Shown here one piece after another: positions 20,956 to 29,966 of a stretch of 64,000 nucleotides of DNA. Within the stretch, counting starts at the first letter, position 1. The number at the start of each line of letters is the position of its first letter. The translations under genes and the position numbers were made by a program. Source of the DNA: an uncultured bacterium (GTDB lineage Bacteria > Patescibacteriota > Minisyncoccia > UBA6257 > 2-01-FULL-56-20); the NCBI GenBank assembly GCA_963718515.1, contig OY970354.1, positions 758,808 to 822,807 of the forward strand. Direction: 5' to 3'. The notes beneath the pieces were generated by a model. The model was not told where the DNA came from. It made no database searches and worked only from the letters and a program-made list of their open reading frames with translations.

Positions 20956-21590
20956 CAGGAGCCATAAACTTTCCCAGCCTTCGGAAAAGGCCGGTCAGCA
21001 TCCCCGCCACCATCATCGTTTCGGCGTTGCTGATCGGAGGGGTCATCTACGACCTCTACCATTCCCGGCCGCAGGCAACAACGCACATCATGGAACCGTT
21101 GATCGCCGTGCCGCAAGCATCTCCCGCAAAGCCCGTCGTCGACCTGGCCATCAGCATGGGCAGGCGCGCCGAAGGACGTGAACACGTGTTCATCCGGGAG
21201 CTCATCGCAAACCCAAGCATCGCCGACTTCACCGGCAACCCGAAAGATAAGTTCACGGGAAACCTGGCCGACAAGGCGGCGGTCAAAACATGGGCAGGAC
21301 GTGAAGCGCACATCCTGGCCATCAAAGCCGGCTACATTGGACGGAATTTCCACGAGGAGATCCGAACCAGACACCCCAACAAGATGGCTTACGTCATCGA
21401 GAAGAATCCGGCCGGCGGACTCAGGGTTGTCGAATATCTCGTTTCCAAGAACGCGGCTGGCGTATCCAGCCTCACGCAAGTAGCGGTGCACAGCGTTGCC
21501 AAAACTTTGGCGTCGTCGCACTTCATCGGCCCGCAGGACGGAACCACCGACCTGCACTCGCCGTATGACTACATGTTCGTACCGAGTTAG
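20952..21590 (+). CDS. Hypothetical N-terminally anchored membrane protein (GTG start overlapping the upstream stop)
   Basis: AAGGAGAAG lies 2 nt before the GTG at 20952, and GTGA overlaps the stop of the previous gene. The TM helix is PATIIVSALLIGGVIYDLY. The ORF-track start at 20877 is judged too far upstream. Confidence 0.6.
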   Translation: MTGAINFPSLRKRPVSIPATIIVSALLIGGVIYDLYHSRPQATTHIMEPLIAVPQASPAKPVVDLAISMGRRAEGREHVFIRELIANPSIADFTGNPKDKFTGNLADKAAVKTWAGREAHILAIKAGYIGRNFHEEIRTRHPNKMAYVIEKNPAGGLRVVEYLVSKNAAGVSSLTQVAVHSVAKTLASSHFIGPQDGTTDLHSPYDYMFVPS

Positions 21591-21657
21591 AAGACGAGTG
21601 CCCGCGCACTCGTAACCAGCACCTTTTAGCACCTTGAGATCCTTCTCTTCGACAGAT

Positions 21658-21740
21658 GTTCATTTGAGCCTCTGACAAAAGAAGACCATTTGGTCTTTTG
21701 TTCTATCGTCCATTTGGATGATGAACCGCTCATTTGAGCG
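21658..21740 (+). promoter_or_regulatory. Four hairpins with a conserved C-ATTT-G loop downstream of the operon
   Basis: The hairpins are GTTC-ATTT-GAGC (21658-21669), AAGACC-ATTT-GGTCTT (21682-21697), ATCGTCC-ATTT-GGATGAT (21705-21722) and CGCTC-ATTT-GAGCG (21727-21740). Confidence 0.4.
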
Positions 21741-21769
21741 TCTAAGAAGATAAGCATCTAACGCATCCA

Positions 21770-21806
21770 AGGACGAGCCCCACGGCCCGTCCTTTTTTAT
21801 TTTTTT
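21770..21806 (+). terminator. Rho-independent terminator of the plus-strand operon
   Basis: AGGACGAGCC-ccac-GGCCCGTCCT (one mismatch) is followed by TTTTTTATTTTTTTTT. It abuts the stop of the convergent histidine kinase gene. Confidence 0.7.
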
Positions 21807-23690
21807 TTAATGCGCCGCCTCTGGAGGAGCGATTTTCAATCCAAAGCTGAACGTGCTCCCCTTCCCCTCTTCGGACGCGACGGCGATCACGCCACCCATC
21901 TTCTCTATTATTTCCTTGACGATAAAAAGGCCGAGTCCGGTGCCGACGATGTCCTTTGTTTTATCCGTCTGCACGCGATAGAATTTTTGGAATAATTTTT
22001 GTTGCGCCTCGGCCGACATGCCAAGGCCGGTGTCCGTGATGTGCGTGACGAGAAGATCGCCTTGCACGTCGTGCGTGATCGTGATCGTTCCCGCGCCACC
22101 CATATATTTGATGGCGTTGCCGACGAGGTTGACCATTACTTCTTTTATGCGATCGGCGTCGGCAAGCACTTGCGGCAACGGCGCCGATGCACCGCCTGCC
22201 ACGCCGCCCAGTTCCGCGCTGGCGAGCGACGGTTCGTAATGCATCGCGACCGACCTCTCGTCCGCAAGTGCGCGAAGTTCGTCGAGCGTTGCCTCGATCG
22301 GCGGTGCGATGGCGATCGGCGCCACTTTTATCGTGAGCTTGCCCGCCTGCGATCGCGCCACTTCAAGCAGGTCGTTCACCAATTGAATAAGTCTCTGATT
22401 CGACGCAAGCACTTTTTGGACGAACCCTCGCGTCTGATCCGAAATCGCGCCGGTCGTGCCGTCCAATATCAGTGTTAAATATCCCTTCATTGCGCTGACC
22501 GGCGTGCGCAGTTCGTGCGCGGCGATAAAGACAAAATCGTCCTTCAACTGCTCAAGCTCCTTCAGGTCCATCTCCATGTCATTGAAGGATTCGCCGAGCT
22601 CCTGGAGTTCGTCGCCGGTCGTGATGTTCACGCCTTCGGTGAACTTCCCCTGCGCCACACGCGCAGTGGCCTCTTCTAATTCTTTGATCGGCCTCACGAT
22701 GATGAGCGCGAGTATAACAGAGAGTAAGATAATAAGACCAAGCACGATGATCAGAATGATCGCGTCGCGCAAGAGGAGCGCGCTCACCACGGCGTCCGCC
22801 TCCGACGTGGGCCACTCGGCGACGAGGCCCCAATTCTGTCCGCTTTCTTGCATGGTCTTCCCTGCAGCCACAACATTTTTGCCGAACACGTTCGCGTAGC
22901 GCATCTGCGCTTGGGATGTGAGCGCATCGCTTCCGCCGATCACTTCTTGCACGATAGGCGTCTTGGCCACGATGGATTGGCCGACTTCATTCGCAAAGCT
23001 TCCCCCCGCCGCAGTGGTGCTACTGGCATTCGCCGGGCCACCGGCGATCACGTCGCCGTTCTGATCCACTAAATATAAATAGCCGGTATCGCCGATCGCA
23101 CCCGCGCCGACGATGTTCTCTAGCGCGCCGAGCGATGCGGTACCGGTGATCACGCCGATGATCGCATCGTTGTTATCTTTGACGGGCGTCGCAAACGTGA
23201 TGATCGGCGCGCCGTTCGAGTACGAAACCGGGCCGACATAATCACTTCCTGATTTTGCGGTGGCGAACGCGGGTGATGCGCTTATGTTCGTGAGCGATGA
23301 CGACGCGTTACCAAAAAGATCCGCCTGGTCCGCAGCACTCGTCTCCTGTCCGTCAAGATTCACGTATGCTTCCGACTGGAGGAACGGCAGGGCGGCAAGC
23401 GTCTGGCTCAGCACGTACTGCTGTGCCGGAATCGACGACGTGGAAAAAATATTTGCGCCGCCGTACGGGATCTCCACGCTCGTCGGTGTCAGGATATCGT
23501 TTTGGAGAAATGCCTGAACCTCGCTCGCCTTCTCGGTGATCACCGCCGCCTCGAGCTTGGCCACGTCGTCGCGGTGCGAACTCGTCACTACATAGTCGGT
23601 GACGATCGCCGCGACCACAAGCGGCACAATCCCGACCAGTGCCATAAAGAGGAATATCTTGTTCCGCAGCTTCCCGTGATGACTTTTCAT
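21807..23690 (-). CDS. Sensor histidine kinase (extracytoplasmic sensor domain, HAMP, HisKA, HATPase_c)
   Basis: Two TM helices flank a periplasmic-type domain of about 270 aa. The HAMP region is RPIKELEEATARVAQGKFTEG. The H-box is FIAAHELRTPVSAMKGYL. The N/G boxes are NLVGNAIKY, DTGLGM and GTGLGLFIVKEII. No response regulator is adjacent. Confidence 0.9.
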   Translation of the reverse strand: MKSHHGKLRNKIFLFMALVGIVPLVVAAIVTDYVVTSSHRDDVAKLEAAVITEKASEVQAFLQNDILTPTSVEIPYGGANIFSTSSIPAQQYVLSQTLAALPFLQSEAYVNLDGQETSAADQADLFGNASSSLTNISASPAFATAKSGSDYVGPVSYSNGAPIITFATPVKDNNDAIIGVITGTASLGALENIVGAGAIGDTGYLYLVDQNGDVIAGGPANASSTTAAGGSFANEVGQSIVAKTPIVQEVIGGSDALTSQAQMRYANVFGKNVVAAGKTMQESGQNWGLVAEWPTSEADAVVSALLLRDAIILIIVLGLIILLSVILALIIVRPIKELEEATARVAQGKFTEGVNITTGDELQELGESFNDMEMDLKELEQLKDDFVFIAAHELRTPVSAMKGYLTLILDGTTGAISDQTRGFVQKVLASNQRLIQLVNDLLEVARSQAGKLTIKVAPIAIAPPIEATLDELRALADERSVAMHYEPSLASAELGGVAGGASAPLPQVLADADRIKEVMVNLVGNAIKYMGGAGTITITHDVQGDLLVTHITDTGLGMSAEAQQKLFQKFYRVQTDKTKDIVGTGLGLFIVKEIIEKMGGVIAVASEEGKGSTFSFGLKIAPPEAAH

Positions 23691-23733
23691 CGTTACCCTA
23701 ATTGTAATATACTTCTACTGTTCGCGGGCGTAG

Positions 23734-23804
23734 GCGGGATTAGTATAGTGGTAGTACGCGACCTTCCCAAGGTTGAGGCGCCAGTCCGATTCTGGTATCC
23801 CGCT
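23734..23804 (+). tRNA. tRNA-Gly (anticodon CCC)
   Basis: A manual cloverleaf fits. The acceptor stem is GCGGGAT/ATCCCGC and the D-arm is GTAT-AGTGGTA-GTAC. The anticodon stem CGACC/GGTTG carries the loop TT-CCC-AA. The T-arm is GCCAG-TCCGATT-CTGGT, with discriminator T. CCA is not encoded. Confidence 0.85.
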
Positions 23805-23825
23805 CAGAATATAAAAATAAAGTCT

Positions 23826-24212
23826 TTAGAACGCCTCTATCTTATCGGCGAGCCGCTTGCCTGCTGCGGCGATAGCGGTTCTGTCCGCGGACTTTTCGAC
23901 GTCCTGCGCCCACTCGACAATCATCATGCTCATCGCTTTTTCCGCTTCCGCATCGGTGGCGAGTGAACTGAATATTGTCCAATCTTTGCCATTCATATTC
24001 AGCACATTCGCCAGCGCTTCCTTGTCCGCCGTTTTATTATTATCGAGACGGTTGATCGTATCGGAAAGACGAAACCGCTGTTCCGCCCCCAACTTTACCA
24101 TCGCGTCTTCAAGCGTTTCGTCGAAATAAGATTTTGTTTCCTGATCGATGCTCGGGCGCACTGTTTCGATCTCATCAAATTTTTCTTGGGGCATTCCCGC
24201 AAAATTATCCAT
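23826..24212 (-). CDS. Hypothetical protein (128 aa, acidic, helical)
   Basis: The ORF is intact and its codon usage resembles its neighbours. I do not recognise a family. Confidence 0.5.
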   Translation of the reverse strand: MDNFAGMPQEKFDEIETVRPSIDQETKSYFDETLEDAMVKLGAEQRFRLSDTINRLDNNKTADKEALANVLNMNGKDWTIFSSLATDAEAEKAMSMMIVEWAQDVEKSADRTAIAAAGKRLADKIEAF

Positions 24213-24235
24213 TGTCTTTATGATGCATTTTTTCG

Positions 24236-24526
24236 TTACTCCGTCGAGCTCGCCGTGCTCGATGCCGCCGGCACAATGATCACCATTGTTTCTCCCGGTT
24301 TTTTATAATTGAAGCGCTCACGGATCTCTTTTTCCAGATTGATAGGGTTCGAGAGATACTGGCTTTCTTCCTGCAGGCTCGTCTCTTCCGTCTGAGCCTT
24401 CGTCAGATTTGCCTGGACGTCGGCCAGCTGACCGCCCAGCTGGCCTTCCTGCGCGACGAACGAATACACCTGCACACCTATGAAAATGAGGACGAGAGAG
24501 AGCCCAATGATGGCGGCGATCTTCAT
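24236..24526 (-). CDS. Septum formation initiator (FtsB/DivIC-like)
   Basis: It has an N-terminal TM helix, a coiled coil, and the C-terminal motif EKEIRERFNYKKPGETMVIIV typical of the DivIC/FtsB family. Confidence 0.7.
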   Translation of the reverse strand: MKIAAIIGLSLVLIFIGVQVYSFVAQEGQLGGQLADVQANLTKAQTEETSLQEESQYLSNPINLEKEIRERFNYKKPGETMVIIVPAASSTASSTE

Positions 24527-24538
24527 GCCTTTAGTGTA

Positions 24539-26351
24539 CTACTTTTTCAAAATTTCCCGGAAGACCTCCGGCGAAATATCCACGCGAGCGCCGGCCTGCA
24601 GGCGCTCTTTGCCTTTCTCCTGCTTCTTCCACAGCTTCATCTTGCGCGTGCGGTCGCCGCCATTCTTACCAAAGTTGCCAAGCTCTTTCTTCATGGCGGG
24701 GATCGTCTCGCGGGCAATGATCCGCCCGAGCGACTTTGCCTGTATCGCCTGCGAGAACTGTTCCTTCGGCAACAGCTCTTTCAATCGCTCCACCGTCTGG
24801 CGCCCTTCGCGCTCCAGATCTTTCTTTGGCACGATGCGCGTGAGCGCAGGCACCACTTCATTCACTACTATGATCTCCAACTTCTCCACTTCCGATTCGC
24901 GCTCCCCCGCCAGCTCGTAGGTGAACGACGCATAGCCCTGCGATACGGACTTCATCCGATCATCAAAATCGCGGATCAGTTCGCGAAGCGGCATGATGGC
25001 CTGGATGAGCAGATTGTCGCCGATATTTTTTACTTCGTTGATCTCTATATCAAAAATCGTTTGCATATTGAGCACCGCGCTCAAATAATTCTGCGGCGTG
25101 AGGATCTCCAAGTTGACGAGCGGCTCCCACACTTTTTCCGGATGGTCGGGAAAATCCTGCGGCTGTTTGATGACGAAAATTCTGCCCTTTGTCCTGCACG
25201 CGATACGCGATAGACGGAAAGCTCGTGAGGAACTGTCAGATTATATTCGCGCTCGAGCCGGCTCGACGTGATCTCAAAATGGAGCTGTCCGAGGAATCCA
25301 ACTTTGAATCCGCGGCCAAGCGCTTCGTTCGAATCCGGCTCAAAGCTGAGCGCCGCGTCGTTCAAGCGCAGTTTTTCGAACGCGCGCTTGAGGTCGTCAA
25401 ACTTTGTTTCGCCATCCGGATAGAACGAGATGAAGACGACCGGCGCCGGCTCGCGATAACCGGCAAGCGCCATTTCATTGGCGCGCCCGCGCCGGGACCA
25501 CCCGCGCCGGTGGAATCGCGGTTCGCAAGCATCGTGTCGCCGATCTTCACGAGCGCGGGCTCTTTCAAGCCCGTTGCGATGTAGCCGATCTCGCCCGTTT
25601 TTATTTTTGCGGATGCGCGCATATCCGGAGAAAAATATCCCACCTCCTTTGCCTTGAAACTATTTGCGCTCGCCACGAGATGCATATCTTCCGCGGCGAA
25701 CTCTCCGCCGAACACGCGCACGTTCGCGATGATGCCTTTGTGGTCGTCGTACAGCGAATCGAAAATGAGCGCTTTTGCGATGTTATCTTTTCGGACGGCA
25801 TCGGGCGGCGGCACAAGTTTGATCACCGCCTCAAGCAATTCCTTTACACCCGCGCCGGTCTTGGCCGAAACGCGGAACACTTCTTCCGGCGCGACGCCCA
25901 AAAGTTCCGCGGTCGCTTCCACCACTTTTTCGATCTGCGGAAGCGCGAGATCGATCTTATTCACCGCAGGAATGATCCGAAGTCCCGCCTTCTGCGCGCC
26001 GCGCAAATTGGAAAGCGTCTGCGCCTGGATTCCCTTCGTTCCGTCTATTAATAGGATGCCGCCCTCAACGGCGTTCAGCGCGCGCGAAACTTCGTACGCA
26101 AAATCAGAATGTCCCGGCGTGTCGATCAGGTTCATAACGTAGTGCGTGCCGTCGCCGCATTCATATTCCATGCGCACCGGCGCCATCTTTATCGTGATCC
26201 CCCGCTCGCGCTCGAGCGGCATCCGGTCCAGGTATTGCGCCTGCATCGAGCGCATCGGCACGGTGCCGGTCATCTCGAGAAGCCGGTCGGCGAGCGTGGA
26301 TTTGCCACTATCAATATGCGCAATGATGACGAAGTTGCGGATGTGTTCCAT
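24539..26351 (-). pseudogene. lepA: Elongation factor 4 (LepA), split by about 3 apparent 1-nt insertions (about 25478, 25228, 25170)
   Basis: ORF 25362..26351 has the GTPase domain (NFVIIAHIDSGKSTLADRLL, DTPGHSDF, NKIDL). ORF 25081..25473 reads ...LGRGFKVGFLGQLHFEITSSRLEREYNLTV. A manual frame-join gives LTSFPSIAYRVQDKGQNF/VIKQPQDFPDHPEKVWEPLVNLEILTP, which continues into ORF 24539..25132 (LepA C-terminal domain). Confidence 0.85.
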
Positions 26352-26417
26352 TGCGCCAAGTGTACCAAAAAATCACGAGTAATCACAAGGAATACACTAT
26401 TCGCACGCCACGGAACA

Positions 26418-26768
26418 TTATGGTTTAACAATTTTCTCAAGCGCTAAAATGCGCCTATCGTGATTTTTGAGCTCGATAGCAATATCACCAATGGCGCTTA
26501 AAATCCGCGCCTCCATGCGAAAGAGATCTTGTTTCGTGGCCATGTTTTCTTCGATTTTGATAATTCGTGCTTCCAACCTGCCTTCCATCTCTTTCATCTC
26601 CCCGCGCACCGCAACAAATTCCTGCTGGGTGGATAGTGCTAATGCATCTATCTTGGTATCAAATCTTTTTTCCAGGCTCGTCTCCAATCGGCTCATGCCA
26701 TCCAGAAACATCTTCTTTGTAACCAATTCATGTTGGTCTTTCATAGCACTAAGCATAAGCTTGCGCAA
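26418..26768 (-). CDS. Hypothetical coiled-coil protein (116 aa)
   Basis: The ORF is intact and the sequence is heptad-rich (LETSLEKRFDTKIDALALSTQQEFVAVRGEMKEMEGRLEARIIKIEENM). Confidence 0.5.
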   Translation of the reverse strand: MRKLMLSAMKDQHELVTKKMFLDGMSRLETSLEKRFDTKIDALALSTQQEFVAVRGEMKEMEGRLEARIIKIEENMATKQDLFRMEARILSAIGDIAIELKNHDRRILALEKIVKP

Positions 26769-26797
26769 AACAAAGTCAAAAACTTTTTAATGATTTT

Positions 26798-27079
26798 TTA
26801 ATGGATCTTCACTGCCAGCGCGATGAAATAAATAATGAGTCCAATTAAGCTCACGATAACCCCGGCGCTCACGAGAAGTCTGTTTAGAATATCTTCGGTG
26901 CTCTTGGAATTTTTCGGCGCGATCCTATTTATGCCGAAAGCGGCCATGACAATGACAAGTACACTCACGACAATAGAATAAATATAGAACGCCGCGAAGG
27001 CACTGAAAAATAATACGATGCAGGCGATGGGCAATAGAAGGGCTATCCAGCTTATTGCGCGGGCGAATGGCTTCCTCAT
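26798..27079 (-). CDS. Hypothetical small membrane protein (93 aa, 3 TM)
   Basis: Three hydrophobic helices are present and the ORF is intact. Confidence 0.5.
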   Translation of the reverse strand: MRKPFARAISWIALLLPIACIVLFFSAFAAFYIYSIVVSVLVIVMAAFGINRIAPKNSKSTEDILNRLLVSAGVIVSLIGLIIYFIALAVKIH

Positions 27080-27145
27080 ACGTTAAGTGTAGCAGAATCC
27101 GCTGTGAGCGGTGCGAGGCGAAGTTCAAATAGGTATAATGGATGC

Positions 27146-27724
27146 ATGATGCAGATCAATACATCAAAGACCGTTCGTGATTCTCATTTTCTGAATAACC
27201 GAGGGAGTGAGGAGGTCAAAAAGATCGAGCCCTACCTCAAGAAAACAGATCGCATCTTGGACATCGGAACCGGAGGCGCGCACGTCGCAAAAGCGTTGAA
27301 AGACGCGGGATATGCCATAACACCGCTCGACATAAAAAATAAAAGCTATTTTGAGGATGTCCAGCCTATTCTCTATGATGGCAAGATCATGCCCTTCCAA
27401 GATGATTCATTTGATGTCTCGTTGCTCCTCACCGTGCTCCACCACACAAAAGATCCCGTCGCCATCCTGACAGAAGCGAAAAGAGTGTCCAAAAGAATAA
27501 TAGTCATGGAAGATATTCATAGCGGTCTGATCCAAAAATATCTCACGTTCGCCATGGATAGCGCGCTCAATAGGGAATTCTTTGGGCATCCCCATTCAAA
27601 CAAAACCGAGGCGGAATGGGAAGCCGTCTTTTATGATTTAGGGCTCAAAATTCTGGATTATAAAAGCCATGACTTTTGGAGATTCTTTACAAGTGGGACG
27701 TTCTATCTTGAAAGAGAGAATTGA
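27146..27724 (+). CDS. Class I SAM-dependent methyltransferase
   Basis: Motif I is ILDIGTGGAHVAKALKDAGY. The acidic loop is PLDI. The post-I region is FDVSLLLTVLHH. The start was moved to M15 (27146) of the track ORF. Confidence 0.75.
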   Translation: MMQINTSKTVRDSHFLNNRGSEEVKKIEPYLKKTDRILDIGTGGAHVAKALKDAGYAITPLDIKNKSYFEDVQPILYDGKIMPFQDDSFDVSLLLTVLHHTKDPVAILTEAKRVSKRIIVMEDIHSGLIQKYLTFAMDSALNREFFGHPHSNKTEAEWEAVFYDLGLKILDYKSHDFWRFFTSGTFYLEREN

Positions 27725-27733
27725 TTAACAAAC

Positions 27734-29896
27734 CTACTCATTTGCGAGCGTCAAATTAACTATCATCCGGCCCGGCGTACTGCTCGATTCGTACGTGAAG
27801 GTCGCGAGACCATTTTCCCCGAACACGTAGCCGAGGGGCGCGTCGATCTCGATCTGATAATCGCCCGTCGCGCCGCTCGGGCGCTCGAAGACGAACTGGT
27901 ACTGTACGCCCGCGGCGGGCATCGTAAAGAGCGGATGCGAATAATCGAAGACCACCTGCGTGGATGTGCCCGCGTAGACGCGCGACCATATGCCGAACAC
28001 TTCCTTATCCAGATCCTCCTCCGTCGTCACTTTTGGATAGATGAAACTCTGCTGTGTGTCCGATGCGATCGCGAGCACGAGCGGGTCGGTGCTGTATCCG
28101 TCACGCGCATAATTGATCGGCGCGGGCACGCTCTTTGTGATACCGCCGCTTTCATTATCGAGCGACGTGCCGCCCGGCACAAAGATCTGCATGTAATCCT
28201 GATTGGTCGTCTTATACCACCAATACGAACTTTCGTTGCCGTTGTGCTGGCGGGTGATGGCGAGATGGTCGGTCAGCGTGCCATCGGCGTTGATCGTCGC
28301 ATCATAACTGATCGTCTGCGCAACGTAACGCTCCGATTTGTCGCTATTGATATCCGCGTTTGCGATCGCAAGATAATCGCCGTTGAAATTGCTCGGCAAT
28401 TGGTATTGGTCGCCCGTCGCGCCGTAGCTCTCGGCAAATGATTGGAAGTCGGGATCGGAGGCATAGACCATCACATCTTTATTGGCGATCCAGTTTTGCG
28501 CATCAGCGATGATCTGCGCCTTCTCGTCGATCGTGGACGAGGCGATCTGCTGGAACATCGCGCCATAGAGTTGGGCGATGACGGCCTTGGGATAGGTGGG
28601 ATTCCCAGATGATGTCTTCGTGTTCTGGGCGTTCTGCGCCTGGCCCGCCTGCACGATCTTTTGGATCTGCTCTACTAATGTACTCGAAGCGAACGTGGTG
28701 GACGCCGCTTGCGCGCCGTTTTTTAATGTCGCGCCCGGCAATGTGATCGGCCCCGTCACCGAGAGCAGATCGCTCAACACCTGCGGCGTCACCGCGACCA
28801 CGGCGTCGAATGTGGGCGTCGTGCCGGATGCACTGCTTGCCGCATTCGCGGCATACAATCCCGACTCGTTAAAAAGCGCGAGCGTCTCCGATGCGGACGT
28901 CGGGAAGTCAAAGAACCAATTCCCATCGGCGGGGCGGAATCCGGCCTCTTCCAATTGCAAAGGCACGGGCGGCACGATCTTTGGCGCAAAGGTCGCATCC
29001 ACATCCGCGACGTCGTGGACGGAAACATTTGTGATCGCGCCGCCGGATATCGAAACGTCCGCATAGCTTCCGATAAATCCCCCGCCCGGGCGCATTTCGG
29101 AGGGATTTTCTAATAACACCAAAATATGGTGGGTAGTGGAAGCATCGGAGAACCACGGCACGAACGCATCGAGGAAATGTTCCGCATTTTCCACTTGCGT
29201 CTTCAACGCCAAGTATCCTTCACCGCCGACCGGCGATGACGCGCCGCCCAAATATGACGCGACGCCGGAAAGCTGATTGCTGTCTGCATCGATCGCGGCA
29301 AGTGTCGTCCGGAGATTGTTGAGATCGCTGGCAAAAGCGCCCGTTGATGTCGATGTCGCCGTGCCCATGCCTCCCGCGATAGTGCCAAAGACGTCGTTCT
29401 CCGCGCTCGCAAAATCTTCTGAAAGTAGTGATAGCTGGCTTGATAGGTCCGCAAACGAGCGCACTGCGCCACCCCCTCCCTGAAATAGTGATAGCAACGT
29501 TCCGAATGCGCCAAGCGACGATGACGTGCCGGAGAGCGACGAAAATTCCTGCTGCGCCGACTGCGGATCAAGGTTCTGAAGGTCCGCGACGCCGGCCTGC
29601 AAGGTTCCGGCGCGCGCCGCGAGCGATGCCGCAATATCTTTTTTTGCGATGACGAACGACACCGCAAAACCGACTACGAAGATAATAATCAATCCCGCGA
29701 TCCCCCATTTGATACCGCGCGGCATCGTGGGATGTTCTTTTCCCTTGAGCCGCCAATAATTAGTGTTAGTGACCGGAATATCGCGCAGATGATCGTGATT
29801 CTTTTTTACCTCGATCTGCGTCGCCTTGACCAGTGCGTCCGCGCGGATGTCGTCTGCAGCATGCTCCGATTGCAATTTTTTCTTGTGGCCCGCCAT
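27734..29896 (-). CDS. DUF4012-like membrane-anchored envelope protein (720 aa)
   Basis: It has an N-terminal TM helix. The motif HILVLLENPSEMRPGGGFIGSYADVSISGG matches my recollection of the DUF4012 core (qN.aElR.tGG.iGsy). The family call comes from memory only. Confidence 0.6.
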   Translation of the reverse strand: MAGHKKKLQSEHAADDIRADALVKATQIEVKKNHDHLRDIPVTNTNYWRLKGKEHPTMPRGIKWGIAGLIIIFVVGFAVSFVIAKKDIAASLAARAGTLQAGVADLQNLDPQSAQQEFSSLSGTSSSLGAFGTLLSLFQGGGGAVRSFADLSSQLSLLSEDFASAENDVFGTIAGGMGTATSTSTGAFASDLNNLRTTLAAIDADSNQLSGVASYLGGASSPVGGEGYLALKTQVENAEHFLDAFVPWFSDASTTHHILVLLENPSEMRPGGGFIGSYADVSISGGAITNVSVHDVADVDATFAPKIVPPVPLQLEEAGFRPADGNWFFDFPTSASETLALFNESGLYAANAASSASGTTPTFDAVVAVTPQVLSDLLSVTGPITLPGATLKNGAQAASTTFASSTLVEQIQKIVQAGQAQNAQNTKTSSGNPTYPKAVIAQLYGAMFQQIASSTIDEKAQIIADAQNWIANKDVMVYASDPDFQSFAESYGATGDQYQLPSNFNGDYLAIANADINSDKSERYVAQTISYDATINADGTLTDHLAITRQHNGNESSYWWYKTTNQDYMQIFVPGGTSLDNESGGITKSVPAPINYARDGYSTDPLVLAIASDTQQSFIYPKVTTEEDLDKEVFGIWSRVYAGTSTQVVFDYSHPLFTMPAAGVQYQFVFERPSGATGDYQIEIDAPLGYVFGENGLATFTYESSSTPGRMIVNLTLANE

Positions 29897-29966
29897 AAGG
29901 GTATTTTAGCATGACCTCGCGAGCGGCGCGCCCAAGTGCGCGCAATCTTTTGTATAATAGAAGGAC

